Of a stretch of DNA of 64,000 nt, positions 1 to 11,811 are shown piece by piece. The stretch comes from Perna viridis (Eukaryota). Below the pieces are notes generated by a model. The model did not search any database. It had not been told where the DNA came from and saw only the letters and a program-made list of their open reading frames with translations. Both the position numbers and the translations under genes were made by a program. Location of the stretch: assembly GCA_037379345.1 (NCBI GenBank), contig CM074511.1, positions 57,852,862 through 57,916,861 on the forward strand, read 5' to 3'. Every line of letters starts with the position of its first letter. The first letter of the stretch is position 1.

Positions 1-759
1 AAACACAGCATCACAATGCAAAATTTCTATTTTATGCTTTCCTTAACAATCTTAGCATGTAGAACTAGATGTTTGTAATTTTTTATCAGTATTTGTACAG
101 ACATTTTGCTTTTAATATTGAACCTAATGATATGTTAATGACAAATCTCCACGTATTTGAATGGTAAATGAGGACCCATTCTCATGAAACCACTGAGTCA
201 CGTGATGAGACTTACATACCGTATTATTGTTTTGTTTTTTTTTTTTACCATTTTTTGACAATTACTATTCAAGTCTGAATGTATCTACAACACAAACCAG
301 TCAGAAACTTTTGAAAAAGTTTATTAGAGCATAATAGTGGAAACACCATTACTTTTTCTTTGTCTTATTCAAATTTTGAAGTACACATATTTCAATCCCA
401 CTTAACCTTTCGAGGTAGAAATTTAAGCATACATGATCTTGTAAAAGGAAATTTTCATAGTGTTATTCAATTTATATTAAAAGTAAAGATTTCTTTATCA
501 CGGCATAGAAAATTTGGCATCTCTATAATGCAAATACATATACAAGTACCTCTGATTTACCAATCAAAGTCAAATGTGATATTAAGCTGGAAAGGAGAAT
601 ACAATTTATGAAATACATGTATATCTACTGGTAATCATAAATGGGTCACAGACAATTTCATTTACATTTCTAGTCAACGTCCTGGCTGGGATATACAGTA
701 TTTATACTCTGTTCGTTAAAAAAAATAGGGAGTTGTAACTCAGTGGTTTTTTTTTACAG

Positions 760-3700
760 GAATTGGTAAGATCCATGATGTTTGGTGTATGGTTGTGGTA
801 AATGATGCAACAGTAAAAGGGGGTACTGTGTATCCAATTTCTTTACAAAAACAACTAAGAGCTCAGGAAATTGCTCAACAAAATAGAATTCCAACAGTAT
901 ATGTGATAGAGTCTGGAGGAGCTTTTCTTCCTCTACAAGTAAGTTCAACACTAGTATATGTATTTTCATAAAATATTTTTCAGGTCAAATGTTAAAACAA
1001 GAATTATTTCCTCTATAAAAAATTCAGAATTTAACAGTTGAAATTCTTGAATTTAACTATACATGTATTTCAACTTTTGATTTTGCCAATTTCCTTGATA
1101 TTTCTGTTTAAGTAAAGACTGCATGTTGAATTTAATTTCAGTTGAAGAAGAAACCAGTGTTTGGAACAAGAGGTGCACATTTTATTACATACAATAAACA
1201 TATCTAATAATCATATATAGCAGTATACATGTAATCAGCACATAATGTGACATAGACCTCCAAAAATACTCCAAACACTAATAAAATAAGACAAAAAAAA
1301 CCAGAAAAAATTGGGGTGCAGTTAAACCTGTCCCAAATTCAGAGAGAGTAAAAAGGGCAGGTGAATGATAAACCGAGACTGAAGGAACCTAGATTCCATC
1401 TTCAATTAGGGTTAATGACAGATTGAGTTATCTCCCATTGACTGCATTTATATAAATGATAAGACAAATTGTTGTAGAACTTTGTAAATAATAGAATTTT
1501 CAATCAAAGAAAAATTACACACATGTTATTTTTATGTTAACAGTCTCAGATATTTAATCCTGGTGGCAGGACTTTTTACAATGAGGCTGTAATGTCATCT
1601 CAAGGAATACCTCAGGTTAGTGGCAATCTTCAGTGATTATAATGTTGACTGAACTAATAATGGAATTTTGTTAAATGAGTGAAAAGGTTATCAAAATGAT
1701 GGAAAGAGTAATCAAGGGAACCAAGGTTATAGCGGTAATCAAAAGAATGCAACCCAGGGACAAAGACCAGACACGGAAAACAGACATACACAAAAAAGAA
1801 CATAAAGTAACTAAAATCATACATACAAAGTAACAAAAGCAAATGAGCAACTCATTTATACATCACAAAACACAATTATATTCTAAGATCTAGAAGTTCT
1901 TACAATAGATGGACACAATCTACTATTTTATTTAAAATTAAAATTAAATGATATGCTCCTTTGGGTACTTGATTATTACTAATATGTAGTATGGAGCATG
2001 ACTTTATGAATTGCAAGAGTTCTGGAAGTAATAGGCTTTAATATGAATATACATGTACATACTCTTTGTGCATTATCTCTACAGATAGCTATTGTATGTG
2101 GTAACTGTACTGCAGGTGGTGCTTATGTGCCCACAATGGCAGATGAAGCCGTCATGATACATAAAAAGGGCTACATTTTTCTGGGTGGACCACCTTTGGT
2201 ACAGGCTGCTACAGGGGAGATAATTTCTGCTGAAGAACTTGGGGGAGCAACTCTTCATTGTAGGTATGATATTTGGGTGAAAGATTACAGGATTATTTTT
2301 AATTTGAAGATTTTAATAAAATTCTTGGCAGTAAATCATAACTGATTAAGTTTTGCCAAAATTTGATAAAGGGTAACACTAACTGATGCCCTGTTAAAGA
2401 TTTTTCATGTACCATGTTCATGTTATTTATAAGCTAAAAAATATCTTAAAATGTCACTAATTTCTGTTGTATCACCAAATGAAATACATTTAGGCTTAGA
2501 GACTATGATTGACAATGTCTTTGCATTATTTACTTGTAAGGGTAAAAGTTTGTTTTAAGACTTCAATGTTTTTGTAATGGAAATAATTTGTGTCTTCCAA
2601 ATTTACTATTGGACGTGGTGAATTGAGTGAAATATATTACGTTATTTACATATATAATGTATTCTACATGAGTGAAATATGTTAGGTAAGCCTGCATTAT
2701 AACTGGTCAGCTTGACATGGGAAATGAGATCATATCTTAGTGGAGGACCTGAGGATATGATACCTTATCCTCCTACTTGTAAATTTCTAGGATTTTGATT
2801 GACTAGGAGCACATCTTTACTAATCCCATATACTCAGATATTGCTAGGCCTTAACCCTGATGTGTAACTAACCATTTTTGTGCTGAATGTCACATGCTGT
2901 TTAGCACTAACTCAACGTCCATGTGAAATATGTCTCTTGTTGACTTCTGAGTATTACAAAAATGATTAGAATACTTTCAAATGAGAAATGTATTTTCAAA
3001 TGATCTTTACTAAATCTGATGTTACAGTAGAATAAATAGTTTAGTCTTTGAGTGTGCAATACAAAACCATTACTAAAACAGATTTAAGAAAGATACTCCA
3101 GTAGAATACAGCTGAGGGAATATAAAATGCTTACAAGGAATATGAGCTCATATCCCTTAACATAAAGTATTTTATATTTGCCATCCAACGAAATTTCTTA
3201 CCGACTAACTTCTGAAAAATGATTGAACAAGCTTCCACTTAACAGATTTATTTTTTTTAAATATTTAAAATTGTCAAAAGATGGTCAAAGACTGAAAAAA
3301 ACATACACTGCTGCAATTACATACCAATGTCATTACAAGCAAAAACACATCGAAAGCTTCAACATGTGTTTTTTTTTTATTGAAACATGTATGTTTTTAA
3401 CTTTTAACGGAAACATGAATGGACTTCAATTTTTGTTTTTAGTGTAAGTGGTTGTACAGATTACTTTGCTGAGAATGAGACTGAGGCATTAGATATAGGA
3501 AGAGATATTGTTGCCTCACTGAATATTTCGGTCAATGATAAAGTGACTAGAGAAACTGAAGAACCTCTGTACAACCGTGAGGAAATACTTGGATTAATAT
3601 CAGCAGATAATCAAATGGACATATACAAAGTATGTCTGTGATGAGTGGGGCAGGAATAGAGTATTACTATATACCTCATAAAACACGTATTCAGATGATT

Positions 3701-6700
3701 AATTTTTGTTTTTAGAATTTAAAATTCCTTTTGTGTCTAATTGCATTGATAAATTAATAAAAATCAATTTTCAGTTGTAAAATCAGAAGATTACTGGTTC
3801 ATGTACTTATGTACAAATATTAGTTCTTTGTTTAATGTGTTTTTACAGACAAATAAGTTAAATCTACTTACATATATTCATACTGTTTTGTACATGTATG
3901 TGTAGATTATATCCAGGCTGACAGATGGCAGTCGATTCCATGAGTTCAAGACAAAGTTTGGTGATACACTTGTAACTGGTTTTGCACATGTTCATGGGTA
4001 AGTGTGGATTGTCATATATTCTGACACTTTAACCATAAATTTATAAACAGAAATATATACCAACACATACAGTGTATCTATTCTTCAATGGGTAAACTTA
4101 GCAATTTCATAAGGTTATGTCCTAAAATATGTGGAATAGTGAAAATTATTGACATGAATCTGTGTGATATACAAGCTAATATAACAAAAATAAATTCTAG
4201 ATAAGATGTCATGCTGCCATTTTAAATTTCCCAATTTTTACAGACTGAGGTTCTTTGTTGTGTATTTGATATTTCACTGTAGAGAATTTGTCATTTGTAT
4301 CAATCTTGTTTTGATTTAGGACTTAAAAATTGTGAACTTCAATGACAGTCTTACTCATGGATTCTTTTTTATTGTATGGCATTGTTCCTCGGAAAAGCAA
4401 AGCATATCTTGAGAGTTTGGTTGGCAAACATAATAACACTTTCACAAGCTGACTTTTTATGCTAGGTATTTAGTTGGTATTGTAGCCAGTAATGGAGAAC
4501 TTACAGAGTCAGCAGCTGATAAGGGAGCACACTTTGTACAGATGTGTGGTGAAAGATCCATTCCATTAGTCTTTCTACAGAACACTGCTAAGGAAGATTG
4601 TAGTATTGTTAATGGTATGTATTTGGACTGGATTTAGCCTTAAAATTGGGGTAGTGGAAATTTACTGAACTTAAGTTCACTTATAACAAAGATTGTTAGT
4701 AGAGTATATATATAGCTAAGTATTTTTTTTTTGTACGAACTGTAAGTAAATTGTATTAAAAGCATATGATGCATCCATCTCTATATAAATTTTCTTATAT
4801 AATAAGTAGTACTTTTGTGAGATATCAGTTTTAAGAATACCAAATTGACATGTAGATATTATTATTAAGGCATGTTATAGAATACAGTCTACTGATTTGT
4901 TTCATACTTAAATAATAGGTTAAGCTATTCTAGAAAGGTATGCATAATCCGTTCAATTAAAATAAATTGATTTAAAAGAAGGTTTATTGTTAAAATAGCT
5001 ACTAATCATAAAAAATGTTTAAACATTATGTACATTGATTATTTGGTTTCAGTGTTTTGGAATATGTTACATAATTAATTTTTATAATTTTCAGGATTAA
5101 GAAATGGAAATAAACTAAGAGCTCAGGCAAAAATGATGACAGTTGTTAGTACAAGTAATGTACCAAAGATTTCATTCATTATTGGAAATGGTGTAGGACC
5201 TGTCAGCTATATTATGGTAATAGTATTGTATTGGTATATAAGTACTTATGTTGAATTAGCTAGTTGTTTGTGTGTATTAAGTGTTCAGTTAAATATTCAG
5301 AGTTCAACATTGGTATATTTCATACATTAGACTTGATAGGTTCATCAAGTAAATGTTCATCAAAAGAAGTTTTACTGTAAATATACTCCACTTGATCAGC
5401 CTTTAATACTCATGCTTCATGCTCATTGAAATACATGTGGACAAGTTATTTGTAAGACTTATAATTTTTTATCATTAAAAGATCTGTTTTTTTTAATATT
5501 CATTTTATACTTGAATTTATAGGGAGGAAAAGCAATCAGTCCAAACTTTTTGTTTTGTTGGCCAAATGCTTTGATAGGTTTAACGGAACCACAAACCGTT
5601 GCTCAGGAAATTTGTGCAGTAAGTATTATTTTTCTCGTACCAGAAAAATTATATAAGATGCAATATAAAGTAAGGAAAAAAGGAAAATAAACTTAATGTT
5701 GCAGTTTTTTTATTATATCAGCAGCAAGATATACACATACATCACAACATTTATATAACGTGTATATTTTCAAAAATATACTCAGTCAAACTCTGAAACT
5801 ACATACCCAGACACACAGAGAAAATCTATACCCAGTCACAGACTGATGTCTACCCATACACACACAGGTCACAAACATGTACCTAGTCACACATGAAACA
5901 AGTATCATTCTTATGTATAAATGTAAATATATATTGCAATGAACCTTCATCTTGATTCAGAACAAAGAATCATTGTCATCTGAGGACCAAGCTGAGGTGG
6001 TAGATAAATGCAATAAAGAATCATCTGCTTTTTATGCTGCTTCTAGAATGTGGAATGATGGGATTGTTTTACCACAAGACACAAGACAGGTACTGTTGGT
6101 CAATTTATATCTCTCTTTTCATGTGTAACATTGAAGGTGTGACTACATATATTTTAAAATTATATATTACATGCCTATTTGCTGTGCAAATAGTGTACTA
6201 CTAACTGTGAAGTCATTTATGAAATGTTTCAATTTTTTAACAGGTTATTGAGTACAACCTGTTCAAAAATTAAACACATTACTCATAATGTAATTTCTTA
6301 TGGATGACAGTCCAAATAGTTGATTTATCTTAGTCAAAACCTTAATTTGTGTGGAATTATTTGAATGATGGAGTGCATACCAATCGACTTTAGTGTTGTC
6401 ATAGTACCAAGCCAGGTTATACAAAATAATCTGGTTTGCTCAAAGTGAACTAGCCAGTCAGAAAGCTTGTTGCAAATCAAAATTATTTTCATATGCACCT
6501 GTATAGGCTGTGAATATTGTTTGTCCAAAATTGTTAACAAAGTGAATGTGATTTTTTTTCAATCAGAAGTAATAAAGACAAAAAATGACAATGTTACATT
6601 TTTTGATGTTATTCCCAGAAAATGTCCATTTGATATAAAAGTCAATTCAAATTAATATATATACAGAACTATTTGCAGTCTTACCGTTTATCTGCATACT

Positions 6701-7113
6701 GGTAATCTAGAGAATCCCTTCATACATCCAAATAATACAACTCATTTTAGGGGGATGACCATTTGATTCTGAAATGGGGGCTGGCAGTTTTTTGGTATAA
6801 ACATTCTGGCCCTTAAAAAGTTGAAAATAAATATTCTGGCCCCAATCAGTGTCAAATAGTCACCCCCTTAAAAAACAAATGTCTTGTACAGCTAGGGAAC
6901 TTACCCTGAAAAGTCAGAACAAGTAAGGATCTGGAGAGTCTTATCTTTTCAAGACCACCAGAATAGCAATGTCTAGTCAGAGCAATTTACTACAATAATT
7001 ACAAACAGAAAGACATGAATTTTCTTTTTTTCTAGGTGTTACGACAATGCCTCAGTATTACAGCAGCCTACCAAACCACACAACCTGTACAAGTACCTGT
7101 GATAAGAATGTAA
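760..7113 (+). CDS. Methylcrotonyl-CoA carboxylase beta chain-like (MCCC2-like paralog), 3' ten coding exons; 5' part lies upstream of the window
   Basis: GT-AG exons with consistent phases: 760-938, 1544-1615, 2085-2263, 3443-3629, 3906-3997, 4466-4614, 5095-5216, 5523-5618, 5961-6089, 7036-7113 (TAA). The spliced product (~427 aa visible) has carboxyltransferase motifs [84 protein letters not shown] and the C-terminus PVIRM. Confidence 0.93.
1703..1853 (-). mobile_element. 5'-truncated 3' end of the Naiad-type Penelope-like element, in an MCCC2-like intron
   Basis: Reverse complement matches 60275-60420 and ends in ccttggttcccttgattactcttt. Confidence 0.85.
6749..6868. mobile_element. Short MITE, PIF/Harbinger-like
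   Basis: Imperfect terminal inverted repeats agggggatgaccatttga / tcaaatagtcaccccct in a T/A-rich target. Confidence 0.5.
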
Positions 7114-7165
7114 ACATTCATCTAATTTATTTGACATTGATATATGTATTTATGTATAGTTTTAT

Positions 7166-7171
7166 AATAAA
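7166..7171 (+). terminator. Polyadenylation signal AATAAA of the MCCC2-like gene
   Basis: AATAAA about 50 nt after the stop codon, followed by GT/T-rich sequence. Confidence 0.55.
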
Positions 7172-7939
7172 AAAATAAATTGAAAATACTTTTATTTCTA
7201 CAGTGTAACAGTGTATTACTTTAGAAAGTGTTGTTTCTTGCATATGAATCTTTGTTTCTTCAGTGAAGTTTGTACATTTAAGAATAGGTCAATTCTGAGG
7301 GTTTTATTACAAAGTAAATCTTAAAAAATTATATAATATTGTGAGAAAAAAAAAAAAAACTTTTTAGATTAAATACAAAGATTTAATAAAAACTGTTCAT
7401 AAAAATAAATGTATATTTTATTCAAATTATTAAGAGACTTTTGTACTGAAAAGTGTGCCCAAATAGGAACATGCATTATTTTATTATTTTTTTATTTAAA
7501 GTAAGTTCATGATTGCTTGCTGTCTTTTTATTGTTGATCTATATACAAAAATCTTGTCTTTTACTTGGGGTCAGAATTTTTTTTGGTCACATTTATTTCT
7601 GCTCTCAGTAGATGAATGGATTATTGGGATTATGTTGTAAACAATTTTGTTTGGTGTTCAATATCAACTTCTGTTCATGAGACTTTCAGATTTTTTTTAT
7701 ACGAAATGATAAAGAAAATATTTGTGGCAAAAATCTCAGCTACCACTTGTTGGGTTTATATTTAGATGGGAAATACATTGTAATTGTGGTTGCTCTCCAA
7801 TATCAACTTTCATACAAGTGGGGGTATACCTATGCAAATTCATGTTTGATTTGTAACAACCTTTCTGATTGGTTAGTTCTAGTTCTCTTTGTGCAAACCA
7901 GGCTATTTTTGTATTTTCAAATGATTTGGTACAAAATGC

Positions 7940-8385
7940 TATATAAGATATCTATGATAATGAGATATCTCAAAAAGTATATTTAGGGTATCTAATATCT
8001 TGTATACTAATTGAGATATCTTATTTACTACACAAGATATCTGATATGATATATAAGTATGTAGTATAGTACATGAGATATTTATATAATATATATGATA
8101 TCTAAATTAGACATTTTTATCAACTATCTTATATAGCGTATAATATATCTTATATGAGATACCTTAAATGTTGAATACATGGCTTTCCATGCAAATAGTT
8201 TTCAGATTAATTTGACATTTATGATATAATTTATAAATCCACATATATCTAATATATTTTATATAAGATGTCTTTTTTGATGTATAATAAATCTTATATA
8301 CTATATAAGATATTTTTATAAACCTTCATATAAGATATGGAATACATTATATCAGCTTATAAATATGAAAATGGCTAGTCATAGA
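7940..8385. repeat. Degenerate AT-rich array of tataagatatct-like palindromic units, probably MITE interior
   Basis: Many imperfect copies of agatatct / tataagatat. Confidence 0.5.
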
Positions 8386-8588
8386 TGTGGCAATTCACTG
8401 AAATGAGGTCTCCCCCCAATAAAAAACAAAAACCATTCTTTTTATTGGTATATACCAATCAAATCATACATTTAGTTTCAAATATTGCTGAAAAGGGAAA
8501 ACATGGACTATATTTTGTGATTGCTTTCGAAAGCAGTCCATTCAAATTTGTCACAGCACTAATTCCACAAATTATGTCATAGTAACTA

Positions 8589-8760
8589 CAGTCGACTCCA
8601 CTCAATCGCATATCGCTTTATTGCATATTTCGGTTATTAGCATAATTTTCTCCTGCTCAAAACCATTTCCTATTATTCTATTAGGGAAAAAATCACTTAT
8701 TTGCATAGGCCTTGCAGGTGCATTTCGGTTTATTGCGTAAAGAATTTTGCCGGTGATAGG
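8589..8760 (+). mobile_element. One terminus of a pogo/Tc1-mariner-like non-autonomous DNA transposon
   Basis: TA followed by CAGTCGACTCC and short attgcata-type subterminal repeats; no matching other end seen. Confidence 0.4.
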
Positions 8761-9280
8761 TATGAAAGTAAAATGTTACCTTACTATCGAATTGTTTGAG
8801 CTGGAAATAGCAGTGTTTTATTTACAAATTAGTATGAGTTAATCAGGTAAATAATAAAATATGTTTCTTTTTGCTAATACAGCTGTTATTTTGTCAACAT
8901 GTCATGGCCAGTCATACTACTAGTATTTGTTTTCATTGCCTTGCTAAAAATGTATAGAATCTTATGCATCTATTGCAGAAAGAAATTTATGAGGCATATA
9001 ATAAATCAAAATTATCATTATCATTATTTAAGGAAGCACTTAAATATTTATAAATATCTTTAATTATCAATGAATCTCCACAATTCCAATTAAGGACCTG
9101 ATTTTTATTTCAGAACCTCTACTGTTTATTTTAGGAGGTCCTCAAATATTTCTGGACCTCCATAAATATTTGATAAGCTCCACAATTCGATTTCAAGAGC
9201 TCCTCTGATATTTTTGAAGGTCCTGAAATTGAATTGTTGAGGTCCAGGTTTATTCCTAAAAAATATTCATGGATTTCCTT

Positions 9281-9849
9281 GGAACCAAGATTCTAGCGAA
9301 AATCAAAAGAATGTAATCCAGGGACAAAGAACAGACATGGAAAACAGACAAATCCAACAAAGAACATAAAATAACTTAAATAATACATACAAAGTAGCAA
9401 AAGTAAATGAGCAACTCGGACTCCATTGAAAACTGGGAGCATGGACCAGGTGCACCGGTAGGGTAAGCGTCCTCTGCTTATCTAGAAACACCCGCCAGGC
9501 GCGTAGTTGCCGTTAGGCAAAAAAAGCCTTTGCCTGCACTTAATTTTGCCATTTTTTTTTAAGATAAAATACATCCAGGAGAGGCATAAATGATGCTCTA
9601 AAACGCTATCTCCGCGGAGCTTCGGGGGGGGGGTGCTTCGCCCTGGACCTGCTGGGGCCTTAATCGGCCCCCAGACCCCCTGTCGTAATTTTGCCTACAC
9701 TTCAATTTGGCCTCAACTACGCGGCTGCCCGCCGGGTTGCTCATAAAAAGTTCGGGGTAGACGATAGTGAAAAGGAAAAATATGACACGTTCAATAAATC
9801 AGTTTTCATGATGCAGATGGATACACCGTAACGATCCACGAGTTCATGA
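9281..9849 (-). mobile_element. 3' end of the Naiad-type Penelope-like element (last ORF codons plus 3' UTR), interrupted by a MITE
   Basis: 9281-9495 plus 9728-9849 is colinear in reverse complement with about 60075-60405. Confidence 0.88.
9496..9727. mobile_element. GC-rich MITE with CAG...CTG termini and a 5-bp target duplication
   Basis: TIR caggcgcgtagttg / caactacgcggctg (13/14). TSD cccgc at 9491-9495 and 9728-9732. Removing it restores the host element sequence. Confidence 0.85.
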
Positions 9850-10145
9850 AATTGAAGTGACTTGAAGCTTAATTATTTACACTTGATTTTGCTACTATCA
9901 CGTGATTATCACATTATTTTGTTAAGTGAGCTGAGCTCGGAGTTTAACATTTAATTGTTTTGTCTCCGTATTTACACTCTACACGTTGACGTACTCCCAA
10001 ACAGTTTGAGTGGGGAAACGCTCTCGGACCCACGTAGGGTCTGGGAGTAGGCCAGAGCGTCAACACAGCAGCCCAGCCGCTAGTAGGACATACTCTGACG
10101 GAGTTCTTCGGTCAAGTATCCCGAAGGCTGAGCTCCGCTACCTAC

Positions 10146-10227
10146 TACTAACCGACATTAGTAACAAAATCCCCATAAGGGGCGGTCGTGCGAGTTCAAT
10201 AAGGATAGTCAAGACCGTAAAACCCCC
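10146..10227 (+). ncRNA. Candidate hatchet-like structured RNA motif, copy 1
   Basis: Hairpin TACTAA/TTAGTA, linker ACAAAA, stems GGGG/CCCC and CGGTC/GACCG, conserved loops GTGCGAG and TAGTCAA, and a TAAAA bulge. Confidence 0.45.
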
Positions 10228-10598
10228 AATCATCATATTTTACATATGCTAAATGTATTTGAGAACGAGATTGAGTTCGTAACATGCGTGACAATCGTTG
10301 CAATGATTGCAAAATTCAGTGGGCATTTCGTATTTAGGTGAGTTCATCAGCTTGGTTAATCGTTGGCATTTACCTCCTTTACCTGGTCCTATTTCATTTT
10401 TATTTTTACTTTGCAAAATTGTTCAATCATTTTGTATTTATTAATCTCATTTCACTAAATCACCCAATCATATTTCCTTATCATCATTTTTTTCCAATTA
10501 CATTTTTCTACTTAACCATTTATTTATGTATTTATTTCATTAATTATTATTTATTTATTTTATTATTCATTTCTTTTATTTTGTTAAAAATACAATTA

Positions 10599-10684
10599 AA
10601 ATGAATATAATATTTATTTAAAGCCCGTCAAAAAAGGTTGTCCGTGCGAGACCGGACAGAGGGTAGTCAAGGGCGTTAAAAACC
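10599..10684 (+). ncRNA. Candidate hatchet-like structured RNA motif, copy 2
   Basis: Hairpin AAATGAATA/TATTTATTT, AAA linker, stems GGT/ACC and TGTCC/GGGCG, the same GTGCGAG and TAGTCAA loops, and a TTAAAA bulge. Confidence 0.4.
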
Positions 10685-11108
10685 ACCTCACTCACTCACG
10701 GTTACACGTAATCACTTTTTCTATAGATAGCCATCCAGGTGGCGTACACCAATAAACTTTTTCTTTTGCCTTGCCGACTTGACCATCGTGCACCTTGAAT
10801 ATTTCTTATTGCACGCTATATTAATATTTATTTCAATTTGTAGATATCTTATATAATGTACAGCAGAACGGATTCAGAAATCTAATTGATTTTATAAGGT
10901 ATTTCATAATTTTTATGATAACATCATTTACAGTTAATGAAATAGAAGATATATACTTCATTGTATAAGATATCTATTATTCTAATGATGAATGTTTCAC
11001 TACAGGTCATGATACTCATTTTAGAATGAATTGTAATACATTTTAAAGCAAACACTGTTCTTCCTCATCAGAAAAAAATAAAACAACATTCATGTATTTT
11101 CATTTATA

Positions 11109-11277
11109 CAATAGCTGTTTATAAAGAGGGCATCATTGATAAATTGACTACCCTTTGGAATTGATGAATTGCCTTTAACATTGATGATGTCCTCGTCTGC
11201 AGCTCGAGGCATTATCAAAGTTTTTCTCTTGGGCAGGCAATTTATTGTGACAATGCCCCTTCATAAGCAACTATTGC
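11109..11277. mobile_element. Small foldback element
   Basis: Imperfect ~38-bp inverted arms caatagctgtttataaagagggcatc...ataaattg / caatttattg...atgccccttcataagcaactattg. Confidence 0.55.
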
Positions 11278-11811
11278 GTAGGAAATCTTAATGACATCCT
11301 TGTTTTGAACTCTATATTTCTTTGGCCCCTTCAAACATTTACTAAAGATGAAAGATTTTAATCATTCTTTTTACAAAAGTTTCTGCTGTTCAAAGCACTT
11401 TCTCTATTTTTATGAATGCGTTTCGAACAATGTCATGATGATTTACTATAGTATGTAATGTACTATTCTGATTTACTATGTAACAATACATGAGACGTTG
11501 AACATACGGTGAAGCGATAAACGAAATCCACAGACTTTGTGCACATCGGTTTTTATATACATTTAGATGACATGCTAAAATGTCTTGTAAATTGAAATTC
11601 GATTGGTTACAAGTTCGGCTTTTATTAGAATGGAGAAAAGAGCCAATCCGTGAGAAGCAGGATATAAGTTGTCCCCATTTGCCATGAATGCGGAAAAAGG
11701 ATGAGAATTCATCTGCAAATAAATGCTTTTCAAGTAGTGCTTAAGTAAAGTTAAGAGGCGATTGAAGTGTGTACAAATACAAATTAGACAATACTTTTAT
11801 CTATATCAAGA

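Noticed and set aside
1654-1842. Family of hydrophobic short ORFs (also 9303, 14871, 46087, 55033, 60266)
   Set aside because: They are translations of the T-rich Penelope 3' UTR with inconsistent frames.
3639-3700. Possible intronic C/D snoRNA (GTGATGA)
   Set aside because: No properly placed CTGA D box or terminal stem, and it is too close to the donor.
5775-5895. Degenerate tacccagtcacac repeats in an MCCC2-like intron
   Set aside because: Ordinary decayed minisatellite with no further structure.
10010-10252. 80-aa GTG-initiated ORF over the structured island
   Set aside because: No recognisable motifs; an open frame is expected in GC-rich sequence, and the conservation pattern points to RNA structure.
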